A DNA stretch of 64,000 nucleotides, from positions 124,001 through 188,000 of IMG/VR virus record IMGVR_UViG_3300046171_000252; one strand, given 5' to 3'. Positions 57,496-64,000 of the stretch are shown one piece after another. The notes under the pieces were generated by a model. That model did not search any database, was not told the origin of the DNA, and saw only the letters and a list, made by a program, of their open reading frames with translations. Numbering within the stretch: position 1 is the stretch's first letter; every line of letters begins with the position of its first letter. The position numbers and the translations under genes were made by a program.

Positions 57496-58604
57496 AAATT
57501 GGACTTATTGGTGCAGGAAGACTTGGTATCTGTCTTGCTCTCTTGATTGAAAGAGCAGGATATGATGTCTTAGTGTCTGATATCAGAGAAGACTACGTTT
57601 CTAATCTGAATAAAAAGAGAATTAATACCAATGAACCGGGGGTCGGATGGTATCTCAAACAAACTGAAAGATTTGAAGCAACCACCGACAATCAACGTGT
57701 CATCAATGAGTGTGATATTATAATTTGTCTTGTTGCAACTCCTTCTCTTGATGATGGTTCTTATGATGTAAGTTCTGTCTGGAAAGTTGTTGAAGACTTC
57801 AAGAGTTCATCTGCAAAACTAAGTGGTAAAACTTTTATAGTTGGTTGCACGACAAATCCAGGTGACTGCGAACAATTTGCAGAACAATTAGATTCCTTTG
57901 GTATTGATGTTTTCTATAATCCAGAGTTTATTGCTCAGGGTTCTGTCATCAAAGATTTGCAGAATGCAGACATGGTTCTGATTGGTGGTGAAGGTAAGTA
58001 TCTTGAAGAGATTAAACAGATCTACTTTAAGATTCAAGTCAGTGCACCAAAAATTTATACGATGAGCACTACTGCTGCCGAACTTGTAAAGTTGGCAGTC
58101 AATTGTTATTTGACTACTAAGATTTCATATGCCAATATGGTGGGCGAGGTCATGTCTCTGTCCGGAATGGGAGATGAAATAGAAGATGTTTTATCTGCTA
58201 TTGGTGCTGATAGTCGTGTCGGGTCTAAGTATCTTAAGTTTGGATATGGGTATGGTGGTCCTTGTCTTCCTAGGGACAATCGTGCCTTTGCTGCTCATGC
58301 TAAAAAACTTGGATTGGAATATAATCTTGGGTCAACCACAGATAAATTTAATACCGAACACAATAAGTTTTTGGTTGACTGGGTAGTTCGCAATAATGAA
58401 AAAGAACTTCCTTTTGCTTTTTCATATGTTTCATACAAAGAAGGAACCGATATTGTAGAAGAAAGTCAACAATATCGTCTATGTCTTGAATTATTAAATC
58501 TTGGTTATAAAGTTTATGTTGTGGATGATCTTGTAGAATCCCAATGTGATGATAGAATTATTTGGGGAATCCCTTCTGAAGAAGTATTTTGGATTGAATT
58601 ATGA
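57492..58604 (+). CDS. ugd: UDP-glucose/GDP-mannose dehydrogenase
   Basis: GAGRLG, NPEF, AELVKLAVN, GGPCLPRD. Confidence 0.88.
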   Translation: MKIGLIGAGRLGICLALLIERAGYDVLVSDIREDYVSNLNKKRINTNEPGVGWYLKQTERFEATTDNQRVINECDIIICLVATPSLDDGSYDVSSVWKVVEDFKSSSAKLSGKTFIVGCTTNPGDCEQFAEQLDSFGIDVFYNPEFIAQGSVIKDLQNADMVLIGGEGKYLEEIKQIYFKIQVSAPKIYTMSTTAAELVKLAVNCYLTTKISYANMVGEVMSLSGMGDEIEDVLSAIGADSRVGSKYLKFGYGYGGPCLPRDNRAFAAHAKKLGLEYNLGSTTDKFNTEHNKFLVDWVVRNNEKELPFAFSYVSYKEGTDIVEESQQYRLCLELLNLGYKVYVVDDLVESQCDDRIIWGIPSEEVFWIEL

Positions 58605-59403
58605 ATGATATCGGAGACAAAAATAAAGCAATACATAAACTCAAAGGACTTCCTCACATCTACTGCATCAATCTAGATGACAAGGTAGATAGATGGGAAT
58701 CAATGGAGTCTCAGTTTAAGTATTGGGAGATTGAAAATTATACTCGTGTGTCTGCTTATGATGGTCGTGAGGATGATCTTGGTTCAATGTTGAAGGGACG
58801 TTATCCTGATAATATGTCTTCTGGCGAGGTGGGGTGTGTTACATCTCATCTCAAAGCACTCAAAGAATTTTTGGATTCTGATGAAAAATGTGCTCTTATT
58901 ATGGAAGATGATTGTGATATCAATACTGTTAGTTACTGGCCTTTTTCTTGGAAGAACTTCTTTTGCAAAGTTCCTTATGATTATGATGTAGTTCAACTTG
59001 CAATCATTAATCCTGCACAGGTTAATGTAAAAATGCATAGAAGGTTTGTCAATGATTTTTCTACAGGCATGTTATTTAATTAATCGTCGGTATGCTCAGA
59101 AGTTGCTTGATCTTCATACCAGAGGCGATAAATACAAACTTGACAATGGAGTTAAACCTCGTGCTGTTGCCGATGATTTGATTTACAATTCTGGTAATAC
59201 TTTTGCCATTCCACTCTTTCTTTATAAGATAGAGTTGGGTTCAGACATTCATGATGCTCATGTTGATGTATTTCATAAAAGCAGTTATGAAGGGTCTATG
59301 GAACTTCTGGAAAAATGATGCATCATCTATTGAGGACTGGGATGGTCTGTTTGACTATGACCCATACTTTGGAACACTTCCTCCTGGATGGGAGGGCAAA
59401 TGA
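58601..59403 (+). CDS. GT25 glycosyltransferase (two +1 G indels near 59067 and 59292)
   Basis: YCINL, SGEVGCVTSH, IMEDD, ACYLINR. Confidence 0.8.
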
Positions 59404-59572
59404 TGAATGATGATAGTGTAAATGATCTATGGGAAGATATGGCACGACTCAATATGCTTTATGAAGAGTTGTGCTGGGATCACGATGATGTCCTTGAATT
59501 TGTTCCTGACTATAATGAGGACGTAATTGTCATCCGGAACAAAAGCAGGAAAAAATCATCCAGGCACAGGGG

Positions 59573-59606
59573 TTGACAGAGACCCAAAACAGTGGTATTA
59601 TAAATA
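59573..59606 (+). promoter_or_regulatory. overlapping sigma70 and T4-late promoters for psbA
   Basis: TTGACA-17-TATTAT with TATAAATA at 59599-59606. Confidence 0.8.
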
Positions 59607-59647
59607 AGTCAGCAGGTTAAGGAACCAACACATTTCTTAACAAGTCT

Positions 59648-59756
59648 TCACACCCCTCAAACCAAGACCTATAGGGTGTATAAAAACGTCTTTCATACCT
59701 GTATCTAAGGGTGATACAGGAATAGTAAAACCATCATTTCCCTGATGATCTTACTT
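59648..59756 (+). ncRNA. structured psbA leader (PhotoRC-II-like motif)
   Basis: CACCC/GGGTG, CCTGTATC/GATACAGG and ATCA/TGAT stems; complementary AGGG/CCCT loops; family name recalled, not searched. Confidence 0.65.
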
Positions 59757-59769
59757 TTTTTTCAGTACA

Positions 59770-60855
59770 ATGGCTAACGCTACACTTCAACAAAATCAAT
59801 CCCAATCGTCATGGAATAACTTCTGTGATTGGGTCACAAGCACTGACAACCGTCTGTATGTCGGTTGGTTCGGAGTCCTCATGATTCCAACTCTGCTTGC
59901 TGCTACAAAATTTGCTTCATCGTTGCATTCGTTGCTGCTCCTCCTGTGGACATTGACGGCATTCGCGAACCAGTTGCTGGTTCACTCATGTATGGAAACA
60001 ACATCATTTCTGGTGCTGTCGTCCCCTCTAGCAACGCAATCGGTCTCCACTTCTACCCCATCTGGGAAGCTGCATCTTTGGATGAATGGCTTTACAATGG
60101 CGGTCCTTTCCAACTGGTTATCTTCCACTTCCTTATCGGCATCTATGCATATATGGGACGTGAGTGGGAACTCTCTTACCGTTTAGGTATGCGTCCATGG
60201 ATCTGTGTTGCATACTCTGCACCAGTCGCTGCTGCGAGTGCAGTATTCCTCGTCTATCCTTTCGGTCAAGGTTCTTTCTCTGATGCTATGCCTCTTGGTA
60301 TCTCTGGTACTTTTAACTACATGCTTGTATTCCAAGCAGAACACAATATCCTTATGCACCCGTTCCACATGCTCGGTGTTGCTGGGGTATTCGGTGGATC
60401 TTTGTTCTCTGCTATGCACGGAAGTCTCGTTACTTCCTCGCTTGTTCGTGAAACGACTGAAACTGAGTCACAGAACTATGGTTATAAGTTCGGTCAAGAG
60501 GAAGAGACCGTACAACATCGTTGCTGCCCACGGGTACTTCGGTCGCTTGATCTTCCAATACGCATCATTCAACAACTCCCGTTCCTTGCACTTCTTCCTT
60601 GCTGCATGGCCTGTTGTCGGCATCTGGTTCACCGCACTTGGCGTCTCCACGATGGCATTCAACCTGAACGGTTTCAACTTCAACCAGTCCATCCTTGATG
60701 GTCAGGGTCGTGTGTTGAACACCTGGGCAGACGTTCTGAATCGTGCTGGTCTTGGTATGGAAGTTATGCATGAGCGTAACGCACACAACTTCCCACTCGA
60801 CCTTGCTGCTGCTGAGTCAACTCCTGTTGCACTCACCGCACCCACAGTCGGTTGA
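59770..60855 (+). CDS. psbA: photosystem II D1 (indels near 59908 and 60510, net +3)
   Basis: [38 protein letters not shown] across frames. Confidence 0.96.
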
Positions 60856-60882
60856 TATATCTGCTATAATTAATAGGAAGCA

Positions 60883-60911
60883 AGGGGGGTCTTCGGATCC
60901 CCTCTTTTTTT
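60883..60911 (+). terminator. intrinsic terminator with C(UUCG)G loop
   Basis: GGGGGGTC-TTCG-GATCCCCT followed by a T-run. Confidence 0.85.
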
Positions 60912-60944
60912 ACTTACAAATGTTAAGTTTAATTACTTATTCTC

Positions 60945-61208
60945 ATGAACGGAAAATTAGATCCAGAAGAAAGAATCTTGGATGATGTCTTACCAGAACC
61001 ACCGAAATGGTTTTCTCAAACTTCTGACGAACCATATGATAGACATCACTATCGATTTGTGTATTCAGACGGTCAAAGTAAAATCTTTGAGAGTTATGAA
61101 CGAGCACAACAAGAATGGTTCAATCTTCCAACAGTATTCAAATCTCATATAGAAGTTTTGGATATTAAAAACAAAAAACAAAAAAATTTAAAAGGAGGTT
61201 TTAAATAG
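60945..61208 (+). CDS. hypothetical protein between psbA and psbD
   Basis: [12 protein letters not shown]. Confidence 0.7.
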   Translation: MNGKLDPEERILDDVLPEPPKWFSQTSDEPYDRHHYRFVYSDGQSKIFESYERAQQEWFNLPTVFKSHIEVLDIKNKKQKNLKGGFK

Positions 61209-62274
61209 TGACAACATCAACATTAGTACAACAACAGGGGAGGGGATGGTTTGATGTACTCGACGACTGGCTTAAGCGGGATCGTTTCGTTTTTATTGGC
61301 TGGTCTGGACTTCTTCTTCTACCCACTGCTTATCTTGCTATTGGCGGTTGGCTTACTGGCACGACTTTCGTTACGAGCTGGTATACCCATGGTCTCGCTA
61401 GTTCCTATCTTGAGGGTGCAAACTTTCTTACAGCGTCAGTTAGCACTCCAGCTGACGCTATGGGTCATTCTCTTCTTCTTCTCTGGGGTCCTGAGGCTCA
61501 GGGGGATTTCGTCCGCTGGATCCAACTTGGGGGACTCTGGAATTTTGTGGCACTACACGGAGCATTTCGCCCTCATTGGTTTCATGCTTCGTCAATTCGA
61601 GTTGGCTAGGTTAATTGGAATCCGTCCCGTACAATGCTATTGCTTTCTCTGGGCCTATCGCTGTATTCGTGTCAGTGTGTTTCCTCATCTATCCTCTCGG
61701 ACAGTCCAGCTTGGTTCTTTGCGCCGACGTTTCGGTGTCGCGGCGATATTCAGGTTCCTTCTCTTCCTACAGGGCTTTCCATAACTGGACGCTCAACCCA
61801 TTCCATATGATGGGAGTTGCTGGTATACTGGGAGGAGCACTACTCAGTGCTATTCATGGCGTAACTGTAGAGAATACATTGTATGAAGATGGAGAGCAAG
61901 CAAATACCTTTAAGGCGTTTGATTCAACTCAGGAAGAGGAAACTTATTCTATGGTCACTGCAAACCGCTTCTGGTCGCAGATCTTCGGCATTGCGTTTTC
62001 TAACAAGCGTTGGCTTCATTTCTTCATGTTGTTTGTGCCTGTTATGGGTCTATGGACATCCAGTATTGGCATTATTGGTCTTGCTCTCAATCTTCGTGCT
62101 TACGATTTCGTGAGTCAAGAGATCAGAGCAGCAGAAGATCCTGAGTTTGAGACATTCTATACAAAGAATATCCTACTCAATGAAGGACTTCGTGCATGGT
62201 TGGCACCAGTTGATCAACCACATGAGTCATTCGTTTTTCCAGAGGAAGTTCTTCCTCGTGGTAATGCTTTATAA
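61208..62274 (+). CDS. psbD: photosystem II D2 (several insertions at 61560-61780)
   Basis: [36 protein letters not shown]. Confidence 0.95.
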
Positions 62275-62375
62275 TATTTTTATATCGTGAAGCGATTAGA
62301 ATTTTTTAATCGCTTCATTTATCCTTTAATAGGGATTCTTCTCATTAAAACTTCAACCTTAAACTTAAATAAGAT

Positions 62376-62630
62376 ATGATTAAATCACTCTTTAGTTTCA
62401 TGTTTGCTGCTCTAATGTGGGTGCAAGTTCCGCAGTGGAGTGACGACTGGTCTAAGTGTTCAGTTGATGTGCCAGACACAGCATGTCATTGGTATATCAC
62501 TGCCCCTGATAGCACGATGGGTGAAGGGTTCAGTTGGGCAAATGCTCCCTGGTTTAGTGTTGAAGGTCTCAGAGATATTGGAGAACTTCATGACACTATG
62601 GCATCAATTCAAAAAAGTTCCGAACTATGA
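62376..62630 (+). CDS. hypothetical secreted or membrane protein
   Basis: Trp-rich ORF after TAAATA. Confidence 0.6.
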   Translation: MIKSLFSFMFAALMWVQVPQWSDDWSKCSVDVPDTACHWYITAPDSTMGEGFSWANAPWFSVEGLRDIGELHDTMASIQKSSEL

Positions 62631-62842
62631 ATCACTATCTAGTATTTGTTTATGGTGTTTGCTTCGCACTTATTGGTGGTGCTGCATTCGCAATGATGTG
62701 GGCAAATATCATGTCAATTGATATGAAACCCAGACCAATCAGACCAATCAAATCTAAACATCCTGAAGCACCTGAACCAGGTGAAGAGTTGATGTATGTA
62801 GATTTGACCAGAGAAAAACTTGAGGATTTGTATAATGATTAA
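62627..62842 (+). CDS. DUF2973-like membrane protein
   Basis: TM, HPE, EELMYV. Confidence 0.55.
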   Translation: MNHYLVFVYGVCFALIGGAAFAMMWANIMSIDMKPRPIRPIKSKHPEAPEPGEELMYVDLTREKLEDLYND

Positions 62843-63233
62843 GTCATTGGGATTTTTACTTCTTCGTTTATCAATAGGCATCATGCTTATTCATCATGGA
62901 TACGAGAAACTAGAGAACATTGAAAACTTTGCGGATGCATTTGTAAGACCATTACATCTTCCATTCCCAGTTTTCTTCTCATATATCGCAGCATTCTCTG
63001 AGATTGTGGGAAGTTGGTTTGTTATCTTTGGACTTGCTACTCGGTTCGGTGCCTTGGCAATCTTGGGCACTGTATCATTTGGAATCTATCATGCCTTAGT
63101 TACAGCAGGATTCAATATCTATTTGTTAGAACTTCTGGTTCTTTATTGGGGAGGTGCAGCATGTATCGTTCTCAATGGTGGTGGTAAGTTCTCAATAGAT
63201 CATCTAATAGTAAGACAATTTAATTCATTGTAG
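62835..63233 (+). CDS. DoxX family membrane protein
   Basis: LLLRL..HGYEK, SEIVG, GLATR, GGGKFSID. Confidence 0.85.
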   Translation: MIKSLGFLLLRLSIGIMLIHHGYEKLENIENFADAFVRPLHLPFPVFFSYIAAFSEIVGSWFVIFGLATRFGALAILGTVSFGIYHALVTAGFNIYLLELLVLYWGGAACIVLNGGGKFSIDHLIVRQFNSL

Positions 63234-63242
63234 AAAAACTGT

Positions 63243-63320
63243 ATGAAGAAAAATAGAGGATGTTGCGGAGCAGGATGTTATGACTGTCCATTCAAACCAC
63301 CTCCTAGACCATCCTCTTGA
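63243..63320 (+). CDS. 25-aa Cys-rich peptide
   Basis: MKKNRGCCGAGCYDCPF. Confidence 0.5.
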   Translation: MKKNRGCCGAGCYDCPFKPPPRPSS

Positions 63321-63370
63321 CGGGGGTGGTTTCTTATTGTATAATATGAGGGTTAAACACCCTCTTTTTA

Positions 63371-64000
63371 ATGGAAGTAATTACAGAAGGCAAGGTTAAA
63401 ACTGTTTATCGGGGTGATGATGCACAGCAAGTCATTATTGAGTATCATGATAAAGTGACTGCTGGTAATGGAGAGAAGGAAGATCATCCTTTAGGAAAAG
63501 GATCTCTCTGTTGCAGCATCTCATCAATTATCTTTGAGAAACTTGCCAAAGAAAATATTCCAACACATTATATTAATATGGTTGGTGCTAATAAGATGGT
63601 ATGTAAGAAGGTAGAAATTGTCCCATTAGAAGTTATCTGTAGAAATCGTGCTGCCGGATCTATTGTTCGTGAGACAACTCTGGTAGAAGGTGCTCCACTA
63701 CCACAACCGATTGTTGAGTTCTTTCTGAAAGATGATAGCAAACACGATCCTCTCCTAACACCAGACCGAGTGCGTCTGATGGGATATGATCCCGAACCTT
63801 TCATTGAGATGACCCTACGGATTAACGATTATCTCAGGCAGATGTTCTACATCATGGGTATTGATCTGGTTGATTTTAAAGTTGAGTATGGTTATGATGC
63901 TCATGGTGATTTGTATCTTGCCGATGAGATTAGTCCTGATAGTATGAGACTGTGGAAGATTGGTAGTGATGAGAGATTTGATAAAGACTTATTCAGGAAT
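63371..64000 (+). CDS. purC: SAICAR synthetase (runs off the window end)
   Basis: EGKVK, PLEVICRN.AAGS, KDD..HDP, DFKVEYG, LADEISPDSMRLW, DKD; promoter at 63317-63345. Confidence 0.93.
   Translation, partial: MEVITEGKVKTVYRGDDAQQVIIEYHDKVTAGNGEKEDHPLGKGSLCCSISSIIFEKLAKENIPTHYINMVGANKMVCKKVEIVPLEVICRNRAAGSIVRETTLVEGAPLPQPIVEFFLKDDSKHDPLLTPDRVRLMGYDPEPFIEMTLRINDYLRQMFYIMGIDLVDFKVEYGYDAHGDLYLADEISPDSMRLWKIGSDERFDKDLFRN

Noticed and set aside
59770-62274. Frameshifted psbA and psbD as pseudogenes, introns or recoding
   Set aside because: Removing single extra bases (near 59908, 60510, 61566, 61627, 61680-61780) restores canonical D1 and D2 with no other decay. The pattern fits long-read or polishing errors; read mapping would confirm.

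Overview
A 64 kb stretch of an AT-rich T4-like cyanomyophage genome, almost all on the + strand. The host is probably marine Synechococcus, inferred from psbA+psbD, petE, hli, ndhP and the tRNA set. Gene order: small ORFs with purS and a glutaredoxin-like gene; replication module (gp43, uvsX, gp41, mazG, membrane transporter); a late-promoter locus at ~10.9-22.3 kb of basic modular proteins, a PD-(D/E)XK-like protein and a cytidylyltransferase-like protein, interrupted by a petE / gnd-fragment / ndhP islet; primase, nrdAB, GIY-YIG nuclease; envelope and secreted-protein genes including the only minus-strand operon; four tRNAs, a porin-like gene, hli genes and structured non-coding RNAs; a ~21 kb nucleotide-sugar / glycosyltransferase / methyltransferase island including nadE; psbA, psbD, doxX and a partial purC. 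Several genes are broken by 1-2 nt indels that look like long-read errors. Best leads: (1) two intergenic units 37 kb apart, each between a promoter and a terminal hairpin, with a 14-nt split complementarity (a pseudoknotted RNA and a late small RNA); (2) a likely capsid-packaged, protease-processed cargo locus with T4 capsid-targeting-like N-termini and polyprotein architecture. All family assignments come from motifs recognised by eye; no searches were run.
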